A stretch of DNA of 64,000 nt, from assembly GCA_963742845.1 (NCBI GenBank), contig CAVUNK010000008.1:709219-773218 (forward strand). Reading direction: 5' to 3'. This document shows positions 39,170 to 49,997 of this stretch, piece after piece (the first letter of the stretch is position 1; every line of letters starts with the position of its first letter). The stretch is from an uncultured Verrucomicrobiae bacterium (GTDB lineage Bacteria > Verrucomicrobiota > Verrucomicrobiia > Chthoniobacterales > UBA10450). The notes under the pieces are model-generated. The model was not told where the DNA came from and did no database searches. It worked only from the letters and a program-made list of their open reading frames with translations. A program made the position numbers and the translations under genes.

Positions 39170-41055
39170 CGGCCGCGACCAAAACCACGCCCGCCCGCAA
39201 AGGCATTTGGCAGCGTCGCACCACGATCATTGCCGTGGTCGCGATCGCCGGGATCGCCGTGCATCTCGTCCTGCGTTTCGGAGTCCACAGCGATCCGCGC
39301 AGTTACCAGATTCCGCTCCTCGTCACGCTCGCGCTGGGCGGCGTTCCGCTGGTTTACGAGTTGCTTCGGAAACTTCTGCGGCGCGAGTTCGGATCCGATC
39401 TGCTCGCGGGCATTTCCATCGTCACGTCCGTGCTTGCTCGGGGAATATCTCGCCGGCGCCATCGTCGTCCTGATGTTATCCGGCGGCGAAGCGCTGGAGA
39501 GTTACGCCCTGCGCAACGCCTCCTCGGTCTTGCGCGCTCTGGCCCAACGAATGCCTTCCGATCGCGCATCGGAAAGAGGATTCCGCGATCGTCGATGTCG
39601 CGCTGGAGGACGTGGCGGTCGGCGACACCCTGGTGATTTATCCGCACGACATCTGCCCGGTCGACGGAACCGTTCGCGAAGGCCACGGCGTCATGAACGA
39701 GGCCTTTCTCACCGGCGAGCCGTTTGAAATCACGAAAGCGCCCGGTTCCAGCGTCATCTCCGGCGCGGTCAACGGCGAATCCGCCCTAACGATCACAGCC
39801 ACCCGCCGGGCGATCGATTCGCGCTACGCGAAAATCACCGAAGTCATGCGCGAGTCGGAGCAAAATCGTCCGCATTTGCGCCGGCTCGGCGATCAACTCG
39901 GCGCCATCTACACACCCGTCGCGGTCGCGATTGCTCTCGTGGCCTGGTGGCTCAGCGGCGAAGCGGTGCGCTTCCTGGCCGTGCTCGTCATCGCCACGCC
40001 GTGTCCGTTGCTCATCGCCATTCCGGTCGCGATCATCGGCTCCATTTCGCTCGCGGCGCGGCGTTCCATCATTATCAAAAACCCCGCCGTCCTCGAGCAG
40101 ATCACCACTTGCCGGACCGCGATCTTCGACAAAACCGGAACGCTCACCTACGGCGAGCCGAAGCTGACCGAACAGCTCGTCGTGCCCGGCTTCGCGCAAA
40201 AGGAAGTGCTCGGGCTCGCCGCCAGTCTCGAACTTTACTCCAAGCATCCGCTGGCCCGCGCCATCGTCGGAGAGGCCAAAGCGGAGGGGTTGGTGCTCGA
40301 GCAGGCGTCCGCGGTCCACGAACCTCCCGGCCAGGGGTTGCGCGGAACCGTCAGTGAACGTGCCGTGGAAATCACCAGCCGCGGCAAAGTCCTGGCCGCA
40401 CAGGTCGTCGGCGCGGAGCAACTCCCGCCGGTCGCCGGTGGACTCGAATGCGTGGTCGTGATCGACCATCGCTTCGCCGCCACCTTCCGGCTGCGCGATG
40501 CGCCGCGCGCGGAGGGCAAATCTTTCATCCAACATCTTGGGACCGAAACATCAGTTCCAGCGCGTCATGATTCTCTCCGGCGATCGCGAATCGGAAGTGC
40601 GTTATCTGGCCGAGCAGGTCGGCATTACCGAAGTGCACGCCGAGCAAAGCCCGGAACAAAAACTGGCCATCGTGCGCAGCGAGACCGCGCGAGCGAGAAC
40701 GCTCTATGTCGGCGATGGGATCAACGACGCCCCCGCCATGATGGCCGCGACCGTCGGCATGGCGGTGGGCCAAAACAGCGACGTCACGGCCGAAGCGGCG
40801 GATGTCGTGGCGATGGAAAATTCACTGAAGAAGGTGGACGAATTCATGCACATCAGCCGGCGGATGCGCACGATCGCTTTGCAAAGTGCGGTCGGCGGGA
40901 TGGCGCTGAGCCTGGTGGGAATGGCGTTCGCGGCGACCGGATTTCTGAGCCCCGTCGCGGGCGCGATCAGCCAGGAGGTGATCGACGTGCTCGCAGTGCT
41001 CAACGCTCTGCGCGCCGCTTTTCCGCCGCGAGTGATCTCGGATCTCGGAGCATGA
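39166..41055 (+). pseudogene. P1B-type ATPase with a TPCP transmembrane motif (P1B-5-like), at least 3 frameshifts (near 39430, 39570 and 40545)
   Basis: [29 protein letters not shown] (LTGEPFE) and [10 protein letters not shown]. The start overlaps the atpA stop (GTGA) and the stop lies 16 nt before atpG. Confidence 0.8.
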
Positions 41056-41071
41056 AACCCGGAAAGAAATC

Positions 41072-41977
41072 ATGAGCAACACGACCGAGAGCCTGCGCCG
41101 CAAGATCGCCAGTGCTGGCGACCTGCAATCGGTCGTGCGCACGATGAAAGCCCTGGCAGCGTCGAGCATTGGCCAATACGAGAAATCGGTGAAGTCGTTA
41201 GGCGACTATTACCGCACGGTCGAGCTCGGGTTAAGCGTTTGCTTTCGCGCGGCCGGTTCCTCAGCGTTGCTGACTGGAGAGACCAGGCGTCGCGATGCAA
41301 TCGCCGCGGTCGTCTTTGGTTCCGATCAAGGATTGGTTGGCCAGTTCAATGATGTCGTGACCGACCATGCGGTTAAGGCGCTGGCCGCCCTAACGAATAA
41401 ACCGCAAGTCTGGGCCGTCGGCGAACGTGTCCACGCGCGTTTGAAAGATGCGGGGATGACGCCGGCCGGGCTCTTTTCCGTGCCGAATTCCATCCAAGCC
41501 ATCACGCCGCTCGTCGGGAAAATTCTCGTCGAGCACGAGACGCATCGCGGGCGGGGTGAAGTCACCGAGCTGCAGCTCTTCTACAACCGCCCCACCTCCG
41601 GAGCGGGCTTCGAACCGGTCAGTCAGCGCCTGCTGCCCTTGGACGAAACCTGGCGGCGCAAACTAGTCGAGATCCCCTGGCCGGCGAAGAATCTCCCCGA
41701 AGTCATCGGCAGCAGCACCGCAACATTACGAGCCCTCATTCGCGAATATCTCTTCGTCTCGATCTTCCGCGCCTGCGCCGAATCCCTCGCGAGCGAAAAC
41801 GCCAGCCGTCTTGCCGCGATGCAGCGCGCCGACCAGAACATCGACGAACTTATGGTCAAGCTGCACGGCACCTTCCACCAATTGCGCCAGAGCAGCATCG
41901 ACGAAGAACTCTTCGACGTGATTTCCGGCTTCGACGCGCTTTCGAAGGTGGCTACCCCGCATGGATTCGAACCATGA
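41072..41977 (+). CDS. atpG: N-type ATPase gamma subunit
   Basis: 301 aa: [25 protein letters not shown].. and a C-terminus ..[21 protein letters not shown]...[14 protein letters not shown]. Confidence 0.9.
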   Translation: MSNTTESLRRKIASAGDLQSVVRTMKALAASSIGQYEKSVKSLGDYYRTVELGLSVCFRAAGSSALLTGETRRRDAIAAVVFGSDQGLVGQFNDVVTDHAVKALAALTNKPQVWAVGERVHARLKDAGMTPAGLFSVPNSIQAITPLVGKILVEHETHRGRGEVTELQLFYNRPTSGAGFEPVSQRLLPLDETWRRKLVEIPWPAKNLPEVIGSSTATLRALIREYLFVSIFRACAESLASENASRLAAMQRADQNIDELMVKLHGTFHQLRQSSIDEELFDVISGFDALSKVATPHGFEP

Positions 41978-42128
41978 ATAACGCCTCCAAAGGGCGCTGT
42001 GTTACCGTTACACCACGGGGTATTGGGGCTGCCCCGCATACCTAATTCGCAAATCGAAAATCGCAATCTGCAAATCGCCCTCTGCCATTCGCAAAGTGGC
42101 GGTTTCTCGCGTAGGTTTCGGGTCCAAT

Positions 42129-42893
42129 ATGCAGCAGCTGACCATAGAAAATTTGCACGTCTCGATCGGCGACCAGGAGATCATCCGCGGGCTCACGCTC
42201 TCGGTGCCGCGGGGCGAAGTCCACGCCATCATGGGGCCAAACGGCTCCGGGAAAAGCACGCTTGCCAAGGTGCTCGCCGGGCATCCCGATTACACCGTCA
42301 CCGCCGGCACCGTGACGATGGATGGCGAGAACATCCTCGACCTCGAGCCGGACGTGCGGGCGCGGAAGGGCATCTTCCTCGCGTTCCAATACCCGAGCGA
42401 AATCCCGGGGGTGACCATTGCCAATTTCCTCCGGGCCGCGGTGCAGTCGCGTCTCCCGGAAGGTGAGGAACTCGAGGCGACCGATTACTACGCGCAGCTC
42501 TACAAGAAGATGGACCTGCTCGAGATGGATCGCTCCTTCACCTCGCGTTCGGTCAACGAAGGCTTCTCCGGCGGGGAGAAAAAGCGCAACGAAATCCTGC
42601 AAATGGCGATGCTCGAGCCGAAGTATGCGGTGCTCGACGAGACCGACAGCGGGCTCGACATCGACGCGCTGAAGATCGTCTCGCAAGGGGTGAATTCGCT
42701 CCGCGGACCGAATCTCGGCGTGCTCCTGATCACGCATTATCAGCGGCTTTTGAATTACATCGTGCCCGATCGCGTGCACGTGATGGTAAAGGGACGAATC
42801 GAAATGAGCGGCGGCAAGGAGCTCGCGCTCCAGCTCGAGGAAAAAGGCTACGACTGGGTGCGCGACGACATCGAACAGCCCGCGCTCGCCTAA
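42129..42893 (+). CDS. sufC: Fe-S cluster assembly ATPase SufC
   Basis: [23 protein letters not shown] and [13 protein letters not shown]. The TAA stop is inside a motif copy. Confidence 0.95.
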   Translation: MQQLTIENLHVSIGDQEIIRGLTLSVPRGEVHAIMGPNGSGKSTLAKVLAGHPDYTVTAGTVTMDGENILDLEPDVRARKGIFLAFQYPSEIPGVTIANFLRAAVQSRLPEGEELEATDYYAQLYKKMDLLEMDRSFTSRSVNEGFSGGEKKRNEILQMAMLEPKYAVLDETDSGLDIDALKIVSQGVNSLRGPNLGVLLITHYQRLLNYIVPDRVHVMVKGRIEMSGGKELALQLEEKGYDWVRDDIEQPALA

Positions 42894-42904
42894 CGAGGAA
42901 CAAC

Positions 42905-44314
42905 ATGGTTACACAAAACAAAAATCTCGAGATCGAACGGAATATTGGCGACTTCGCCTATCCGGAAACGCACACCCACGACGCGGGCATCGGCCTGAGT
43001 GAGAAGACGATTCACTTCATCTCGGACGTGAAGGGCGATCCGGATTGGGTTCGCGAGTTTCGGCTCAAAGCCTACAAAACTTTCATGAGCAAGCCGATGC
43101 CGACGCATTGGGCGAGCAAAGATCTGGAAGCGATCGTTTTCGACAACATCCGTTACTACCTGAGCGGTGGCATTCAGCCGAAGCGCAACTGGGAAGACGT
43201 CCCCGACGACGTGAAACGCACCTTCGAGCGGCTCGGCATCCCGGAGCAGGAACGCAAATTCCTCGCCGGCGTGGAAGCGCAGTTCGACAGCGAAGCGGTT
43301 TATTCGAACATCAAGAAAGCCGTCGGCGAGCAGGGCGTGATTTTCGTCGGCAGCGCGGACGGCTTGAAGGAACACCCGGAGATTTTCCGGAAGTGGTTCG
43401 GCAAGGTCATCCCGACCGGGGACAACAAATTCAGCGCATTGAACAGTGCCGTTTTCAGTGGCGGATCGTTCATTTACGTCCCGCCGGGCGTGAAGGTGAA
43501 GCACCCGTTGCAGGCTTATTTCCGGATCAACGCCGAGAACTTTGGCCAGTTCGAGCGCACGCTGATCATCGTCGATGAAGGTGCGGAGCTGACTTACATG
43601 GAAGGCTGCACGGCGCCGAAGTTCAACACCGCCACGCTGCACAGCGCGGTCGTGGAATTGGTCGCCATGAAGGGCGCGAAGATCCAGTACATCACCGTCC
43701 AAAACTGGTCGAACAACGTCTTCAATCTTGTGACCAAGCGCGGCCTCGCCCACGAAGAGGCCGAAGTGAAATGGATCGACTGCAACATTGGCAGCCGGCT
43801 GACGATGAAATATCCGGGCGTGGTCATGAAAGGCCGCAAAGCCCGCGGTGAAGTGATCTCGATCGCGCTCGCCGGCGACGGCCAGCATCAGGACACCGGC
43901 GCGAAAATGGTCCACGCCGCCGACGAAACGACGAGCAACATCATTTCCAAATCGATCAGCATCGGGACCGGCCGCGCCACTTACCGCGGCCTCGTCCATG
44001 TGCCGAAGCACCTGAAGAACTGCAAGAACAACACCGAGTGCGACGCGCTCCTGATCAACTCGAACAGCCGCACGGACACTTATCCGGCGATCACCGTCCG
44101 CGGCACCGGTAACGCGGTGCAGCACGAAGCCAGCGTCAGCCAGGTCTCGGCGGAGCAGATCTTTTACATGCAACAGCGCGGCCTGACCGAGGCGCAGGCG
44201 ATGAGCCTGAGCGTGAACGGGTTCGTGAACGATCTCGTCCGCCAGTTCCCGATGGAATATTCGGTCGAGCTAAAGCGCCTGATCGAACTTGAGATGGAAG
44301 GCTCCGTCGGCTAA
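42905..44314 (+). CDS. sufB: Fe-S cluster assembly scaffold SufB
   Basis: 469 aa: ..[15 protein letters not shown].., ..[19 protein letters not shown].., ..[20 protein letters not shown].. Confidence 0.95.
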   Translation: MVTQNKNLEIERNIGDFAYPETHTHDAGIGLSEKTIHFISDVKGDPDWVREFRLKAYKTFMSKPMPTHWASKDLEAIVFDNIRYYLSGGIQPKRNWEDVPDDVKRTFERLGIPEQERKFLAGVEAQFDSEAVYSNIKKAVGEQGVIFVGSADGLKEHPEIFRKWFGKVIPTGDNKFSALNSAVFSGGSFIYVPPGVKVKHPLQAYFRINAENFGQFERTLIIVDEGAELTYMEGCTAPKFNTATLHSAVVELVAMKGAKIQYITVQNWSNNVFNLVTKRGLAHEEAEVKWIDCNIGSRLTMKYPGVVMKGRKARGEVISIALAGDGQHQDTGAKMVHAADETTSNIISKSISIGTGRATYRGLVHVPKHLKNCKNNTECDALLINSNSRTDTYPAITVRGTGNAVQHEASVSQVSAEQIFYMQQRGLTEAQAMSLSVNGFVNDLVRQFPMEYSVELKRLIELEMEGSVG

Positions 44315-44379
44315 TTTTCGCCACCAATTGAGGCGACTGTAGCGGCGGTCTCTGACCGCCGTTCCCGTCTCAGCCGGCC

Positions 44380-45732
44380 ATGAGTCACCCGTCCGCTCTC
44401 CTCGAAGAAATGCCCGCCACCGCGTCCGAAAACGCGACCCTGCTGCTTGCGGGCAGTGCGCAGCGCAATGCCGATTTGCCGGCGTGGTTTCGCGAGCAGC
44501 AGGCGGCGGCTTGGACGGAATTTCAGAATCTCCCGGAGCCTTCGCCGAAAGATCAGGCTTGGCGCTTCTCGAACGTCAAAGCGCTTGATCTCGCGCCGTA
44601 TCATTTGGCATCTGCGATCGCCGATGACGACGCGCGTGAACTGCTCGACCGCTCGACCGAACTGGCGGAAACCGGCGGCCGTTTGGTTTTTGCCGATGAC
44701 CATCTGCTCGAGCGCGATGCGCTTTCAGAGAAACTCCGAGAGGCCGGTGTGATCTTCCAGCCGCTCGAGCGCGCGATGCTCGAGCACGAAGATTTGTTCC
44801 GCCGGCATTTCATGAATCAGCCGGCCAACCTCGGCTCGGCGAAATACGCGGCACTGCATCAGGCGCTGGTGCGCTCGGGAACTTTCCTTTACGTGCCGAA
44901 GGGCGTGGAAGTGGAACTGCCGCTTGAGACCTTCCATTGGTTGCGCGGCGAGAACGCGGCGATTTTTCCGCACACTCTGCTCGTCGCGGAAGAGCTTTCA
45001 AAAGTGACGCTCGTCGAACATTTCCGCTCGGCCGATCGCCAGCGCGGCGGTTTCTCCTGCGGCGTGAACGATCTCGTGGTCGGTGCCGGCGCGAAGGTCA
45101 CCTACATTTGCACGCAGGATTGGAGCGACAGTGCGCTCGGGATTCAGATCAACGCGACCACCGTCGCGCGCGATGCTTCCGCGCTGAATCTCTACCTCAA
45201 TCTCGGCGCGAAATTTTCTCGGCTCGAAAGCCTGAGCCGCCTCACTGGTGAAAACAGCCGCAGTGATATGCTCGCCGTTTCCGTCGGGATCGACGCGCAG
45301 GAATTCGACGCGCGGACTTTGCAGGATCACGCCTCGCCGCACACTTACAGCGACCTGCTTTTCAAAAATGCGCTGAACGATCGCGCGCGTGCCACTTTCG
45401 GCGGTCTCATCCGCGTCGAGCCGCACGCGCATTTCACCGATGCCTACCAAAAAGTGCGCAACCTCCTGCTGAGCGACGAGTCCGAGGCAAACTCCATGCC
45501 CGGTCTCGAGATCCTCGCTGACAATGTGAAGTGCAGTCACGGCGCCACTTCCGGTCAGCTCGACGAGGACGAAATGTTTTACCTGCTCGCGCGCGGCATC
45601 CCCGCGGACGTCGCCCGCCAACTGCTCGTCGGCGGCTTTCTCAACGAAGTCCTCGATCGCCTGCCCGAGCCCGCGCTGGTCGCGAAACTCGAAGAGTTGA
45701 TCGAGGCGAAGTTCGCCCGGCGCGTGCGTTAA
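44380..45732 (+). CDS. sufD: Fe-S cluster assembly protein SufD
   Basis: 450 aa: ..LEILADNVKCSHGATSGQLDEDEMFYLLARGI.. Confidence 0.9.
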   Translation: MSHPSALLEEMPATASENATLLLAGSAQRNADLPAWFREQQAAAWTEFQNLPEPSPKDQAWRFSNVKALDLAPYHLASAIADDDARELLDRSTELAETGGRLVFADDHLLERDALSEKLREAGVIFQPLERAMLEHEDLFRRHFMNQPANLGSAKYAALHQALVRSGTFLYVPKGVEVELPLETFHWLRGENAAIFPHTLLVAEELSKVTLVEHFRSADRQRGGFSCGVNDLVVGAGAKVTYICTQDWSDSALGIQINATTVARDASALNLYLNLGAKFSRLESLSRLTGENSRSDMLAVSVGIDAQEFDARTLQDHASPHTYSDLLFKNALNDRARATFGGLIRVEPHAHFTDAYQKVRNLLLSDESEANSMPGLEILADNVKCSHGATSGQLDEDEMFYLLARGIPADVARQLLVGGFLNEVLDRLPEPALVAKLEELIEAKFARRVR

Positions 45733-45770
45733 TTGTTTGCGCCGTTTTCCGGCGCCCGGTATTCTGAGGC

Positions 45771-46217
45771 ATGGACGTCTGCGGCACGATCGAAACCATT
45801 CTCTCCCGCAAGCCCGGCGCGATCTGGTCGGTCGCACCCGGCGCCACGGTCTACGACGCGATCGCGATGATGGCCGAGAAAAACGTCGGTGCCCTCCTCG
45901 TGATGGAAAACGAGAAACTGGTCGGGATCGTTTCCGAGCGCGATTACTCGCGCAAAGTGATGCTGAAGGGAAAGACTTCGCGGAACAGTTTCGTGCACGA
46001 GATCATGACCACCGAACTGACGACCGCGCATCCGCGCGAAACCGTGACCGATTGCCTGCGCTTCATGACCGATAAGCGGATCCGCCATCTCCCGGTCGTC
46101 GTCGATGGCGAACTGCGCGGCGTGATTTCCATCGGCGACCTCGTGAAGCAGGTCATCTCCGCGCAAAGCGCGACGCTCGACCAGCTGCACAACTACATTT
46201 CAGGCGTTCCCTCTTAA
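45771..46217 (+). CDS. CBS-domain pair protein
   Basis: 148 aa with two CBS motifs (..VGALLVMENEKLVGIVSERD.., ..IRHLPVVVDGELRGVISIGDL..). Confidence 0.8.
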   Translation: MDVCGTIETILSRKPGAIWSVAPGATVYDAIAMMAEKNVGALLVMENEKLVGIVSERDYSRKVMLKGKTSRNSFVHEIMTTELTTAHPRETVTDCLRFMTDKRIRHLPVVVDGELRGVISIGDLVKQVISAQSATLDQLHNYISGVPS

Positions 46218-46224
46218 ACGTTGC

Positions 46225-46998
46225 CTAACGAGCGCTGGTCGCGATCACGGCTTCGGGCCGATACATATCGCGATTACTCCCCTGGAATTCCGCTTTCAGC
46301 CTGACCTGAAAGTGGGCGAGGTCGACCAGATCCCAGCGGGTGAATTTCCAGTGACCATCCTTCCCGGGTTCGTGCTCGAACCCGACCACGAAGTGCACCG
46401 CATCGTCGCGCACCTTGTTCGTCGCCTTCTTCGGCTCGAAATAAAAAGTGCGAAAACTGCTCTCGCGACTGCCGGCCGCGTAAAGCTTCGGGTCGAGATA
46501 GAAAACTCGTTTCGACTCGTCATCGACCAAGCGTAAATCTGGATAACCGGAACGCTGCACCCTTCCATCCGCGGTGCGCGGGAAGTCGCAGTGCAAACCT
46601 GGAGCTGCCGCGAGCAACTCGCGCATCGTGTCCTCGAAATGGCTGCTCACTTCGTTGATCCGCGGGATGCCCTGGATCACGCTCGTCGGAGCGTTGAGCC
46701 GCCTAACGACTTCGTCGAGCACGCCCGAGATTTCCTTGATCACGCGCTGGTCGGTCGCGTTCTTCGGATCAACTGGAATCACTTTCCTGCCGGTCGTGTC
46801 GAAGATCACTTCCGCAAACGGAATCCCTTGGAGCTGCGAAGATTCCTTCAGCAGCCACGGAATCAGCGAATCCACCGGCGGCTCGCTCTTCACCTGAGCT
46901 CGCGCGGTCGCGAGCAGCGCGGCGCCGCAGAGAAAAATCGAGAGGCCGCTCCGCATCGCACGATTCAAGACCAGCGGCGCCCACGGCGGCAAGCGCAT
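46225..46998 (-). CDS. hypothetical secreted protein
   Basis: 257 aa with signal peptide (SIFLCGAALLATARAQ); no family recognised. The TAG stop is inside a motif copy. Confidence 0.5.
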   Translation of the reverse strand: MRLPPWAPLVLNRAMRSGLSIFLCGAALLATARAQVKSEPPVDSLIPWLLKESSQLQGIPFAEVIFDTTGRKVIPVDPKNATDQRVIKEISGVLDEVVRRLNAPTSVIQGIPRINEVSSHFEDTMRELLAAAPGLHCDFPRTADGRVQRSGYPDLRLVDDESKRVFYLDPKLYAAGSRESSFRTFYFEPKKATNKVRDDAVHFVVGFEHEPGKDGHWKFTRWDLVDLAHFQVRLKAEFQGSNRDMYRPEAVIATSAR

Positions 46999-47071
46999 TT
47001 GTGATTGTGCGCGGCGCGCGATCCGCTAAAAAGGGCCGTTCTCCTCGCCGCTCCGTACAGCTCGTCTCCCG

Positions 47072-48076
47072 ATGTTCAATTCCGGCATTCTCGACGTCGC
47101 GATCGGCATCGTTTTCATTTACCTGCTCGTTAGTCTCATCGTCAGCGCGGTGAACGAGCTTTGCGCCGCGCTCCTGAAAGCGCGTGGGCGCATTCTCTGG
47201 CAGGGCATCTCGAACCTTCTCCCGGCGGACAAAAAGACCGACTACGCGCGGCTGGTTTACGAGCATCCCCTCATCAGCGGGCTCTCGAAAATCAATCGTC
47301 CCTCCTACATCCCGGCGCGCACTTTCGCGCTCGCGCTGCTCGACGTGGTCAGCGGCGGCAACGGACGGATCGCGCAGGGCAAGCAACTGCTGACCCGCAT
47401 CAACCAATTGCCCGACGAGTTGCGAATCCCGCTCCATCTCCTGCTCGACGAAGCGGGCCACGATCTTGAGCACTTCCGCGCCGGACTCGAGGTCTGGTTC
47501 AACGACTCGATGGATCGCGTGAGCGGCGTCTACAAACGCCGGGTGCAATACGCGCTCTTCGGCTTCGGATTGTTCTTCGCTGTCTCGCTGAACGTCGACA
47601 CGATCGTGCTCGCGAATCGTCTCTCGCATGATTCCGCCCTGCGGGCCGCGCTCGTTTCCCATGCCGAAGCCGCGGCGAAAGTTCCGCCACCGACGATCGC
47701 GTCGGGAACGGCCACACCGCAGGAGCAAAGTGCCGCGCTGGCCGGGACGATTGCGCAACTCGATCAGCTGCGTCTGCCGATCGGCTGGTCCGGTCCGGGT
47801 GAAGATCTCACGCCGGCCTTCGCGCGGCTGGGCTGGTTCGGCGGATTGTTTGACGCGATCCGGCGGCATCTGCTCGGCTGGGTTCTGACCGCATTTGCGG
47901 CCACGCTCGGCGCGCCGTTTTGGTTCGATCTGCTCAATCGCTTCAGCAATATCCGCAGCGCCGGAAAAGCGCCGGAAGAGAAACCGAAGAATCCCAAAAT
48001 TGTTCCGCAGCCGGCCGCGCCGGGCGGCTCGCCGGGCCATGCCACCACGCTCGAGGAAACTGGAGAATCCACATGA
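47072..48076 (+). CDS. hypothetical integral membrane protein
   Basis: 334 aa with TM helices at the N-terminus (ILDVAIGIVFIYLLVSLIVSAV), in the middle and near the C-terminus. The stop overlaps the next start (ATGA). Confidence 0.55.
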   Translation: MFNSGILDVAIGIVFIYLLVSLIVSAVNELCAALLKARGRILWQGISNLLPADKKTDYARLVYEHPLISGLSKINRPSYIPARTFALALLDVVSGGNGRIAQGKQLLTRINQLPDELRIPLHLLLDEAGHDLEHFRAGLEVWFNDSMDRVSGVYKRRVQYALFGFGLFFAVSLNVDTIVLANRLSHDSALRAALVSHAEAAAKVPPPTIASGTATPQEQSAALAGTIAQLDQLRLPIGWSGPGEDLTPAFARLGWFGGLFDAIRRHLLGWVLTAFAATLGAPFWFDLLNRFSNIRSAGKAPEEKPKNPKIVPQPAAPGGSPGHATTLEETGEST

Positions 48077-49272
48077 AAAGAAAGGCCGGCCGCAAAACTG
48101 CCGCGAAAAGACGAGGCGCCACGCCGAATAAACCGAAGCCGAAACGGCCGCGGGCCCGGCGTGCCGTTCGCGTGTTGGTCGCCGTTGCGAAAACCCCTCG
48201 ACCGAAGCGGAAGCAACCGGAAATTCGGCGCGCGATTCCCGTGGGAATCGTCGTTCCGGAAGGGCTGGCGGAAGGCCCGCCGGCCCCGCCGCTCGCGGGC
48301 GATCCGATGCGGCTGCTTACACTCGGGCGCAAAGGCGATGACGTGGCGCGATGGCAACAGTTCCTCGCCGATCACGGCTTTAATCCCGGACAGGTCGATG
48401 GGTTTTTCGGCGGCGGAACGCGGCTCGGGACGATCGCTTTTCAAAAACAACATCACATCGTGCCCGACGGCATCGTCGGCGGTCGCACGCGCGCCGCGGC
48501 CGGACAACTCGGGTTCACCGTCCCAACCGCCGGGCTCGCGGTGCACAGCAGCGCGCACGACGAAGACGATGTGGTCGGACATTTCCGGCCCGATATCACG
48601 GTCTTCGAGACCCGCGATGGCGGCGCGGTCTACTGCAAAACCGGGATGCAGATCGACGCCGACGGTTCCTACCACGCCTACAAAGTCCGAAATCTCGGTC
48701 TCGATTTTGACGACAACGGCAAGGACCCGTGCGCCCCCAACGGCCGCTGGATCGGCGTCGTGACCGATGGCTCCGGTCGGCCCATCCCACAGCAGGTACA
48801 TCATCCCGCGCCCGGTTTCCTCATCTCCACCACCTCGCTCGAGGATCCGAGCCGGGCGGTCACCGATCCGCTGCGTTATGTCGATTCGGAATCGATCCCC
48901 TACATCGTGCTGCCCGGCGGCCATCTCGGCCGCGCGTCGTTAGGCGATTACGCGATGGTGGTGAACACCGAAACCGGCGAGATCGTCCACGCGGTCGCGG
49001 CGGATTCCGGCCCGAAGAACAAGGTGGGCGAGGCCTCGATCGCGGTCGCGCGCGCGTTGCTCGGGGAAAAGCACGCCAACCCGCGCAGCGGCGGGACCGA
49101 TCGGCCAATCATCCGTTATATTGTGTTTCCGAATTCCAAGGATCGCGTTTTCCCCGCCTCCGATCCGCGCGACCCGTCGATCCTCCAGCGGAGCCTGATG
49201 CACATCAACACCGTCGCCGCGACGCTCTTCGCCGCGCTTGATCCGGCGCATCAGACTTCGTTGCTGACCTGA
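48073..49272 (+). CDS. peptidoglycan-binding (PG_binding_1) plus GH75-like hydrolase domain protein
   Basis: LTLGRKGDDVARWQQFLADHGFNPGQVDGFFGGGT...IVPDGIVGGRT, then MQIDADGS.. and ..VAADSGPKNKVGEASIAVARAL.. The basic N-terminal 78 aa are uncertain; an alternative ATG lies at 48307. Confidence 0.7.
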   Translation: MKRKAGRKTAAKRRGATPNKPKPKRPRARRAVRVLVAVAKTPRPKRKQPEIRRAIPVGIVVPEGLAEGPPAPPLAGDPMRLLTLGRKGDDVARWQQFLADHGFNPGQVDGFFGGGTRLGTIAFQKQHHIVPDGIVGGRTRAAAGQLGFTVPTAGLAVHSSAHDEDDVVGHFRPDITVFETRDGGAVYCKTGMQIDADGSYHAYKVRNLGLDFDDNGKDPCAPNGRWIGVVTDGSGRPIPQQVHHPAPGFLISTTSLEDPSRAVTDPLRYVDSESIPYIVLPGGHLGRASLGDYAMVVNTETGEIVHAVAADSGPKNKVGEASIAVARALLGEKHANPRSGGTDRPIIRYIVFPNSKDRVFPASDPRDPSILQRSLMHINTVAATLFAALDPAHQTSLLT

Positions 49273-49974
49273 GGCCGGAAGAGGGCGGCGAGCCCGAAGG
49301 GCGCGTAGAGCAGCGCGAAAAAGACCAGCGCGAGCCCGTTCAACTCCAGGAGGTAAAGCCAATGCGTGCCGCGAGAGGTAATCGAGGATCGAAGCGGCCT
49401 CCGGTTTATGGAGGAGGAAGCCGTAGTTCACGTTCGTTAGGCGATCGACCACCAGCGTGACCGCGAGATAAAGCTCCGACCAGGCGAGGGTCCGCCAGAC
49501 TGAGCCTAACGACGGCCGGAAACGGCGCGCGATCAGGAGGTAGATCACGCCGACAACGATCCCGCAGTGACCGACGAAGAAACTGAGGAAGCGAAGATCG
49601 GGAAAGCCGACCGGGAGATTCGGCGTAAGGATGGCCTGGAAGGTCCCGCCGATTCCCCAGAAATAGGAAACCTCGCTCCAGCGCTCGCGCCGGGTGAGAA
49701 GCGCGACGATCACCGTAACCATCGCCCAGTCGCAGAGCTGCAACGGGAGCGCCTGCTGCCAGACGAACAGGTGATGCCGGAAAAGGAAAACGGCGTAACC
49801 GACGTAGTTCGCGACCAACACGACCGCGAGACAAACCGCGACCGCGAAATCGATCCGCTGCGAGTTCGTTAGGCGAACCGTCAGCCCGAGCCCGACCGGG
49901 ATCGCGACGGTAAGAAAAAGAACAACGAGATGCGCCGGACCGAAAAGCTGGAAAACGGGCAGCGCGGATTGCAT
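49251..49974 (-). pseudogene. YwaF/TIGR02206-like membrane protein, one frameshift near 49372
   Basis: ..LQLCDWAMVTVIVALL..YFWGIGGTFQAILTP.. The C-terminus (..HWLYLLELNGLALVFFALLYAPFGLAALFRPQVSNEV*) is in another frame. Confidence 0.6.
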
Positions 49975-49997
49975 CGATCAACCCGCGTTGTAGCCGG

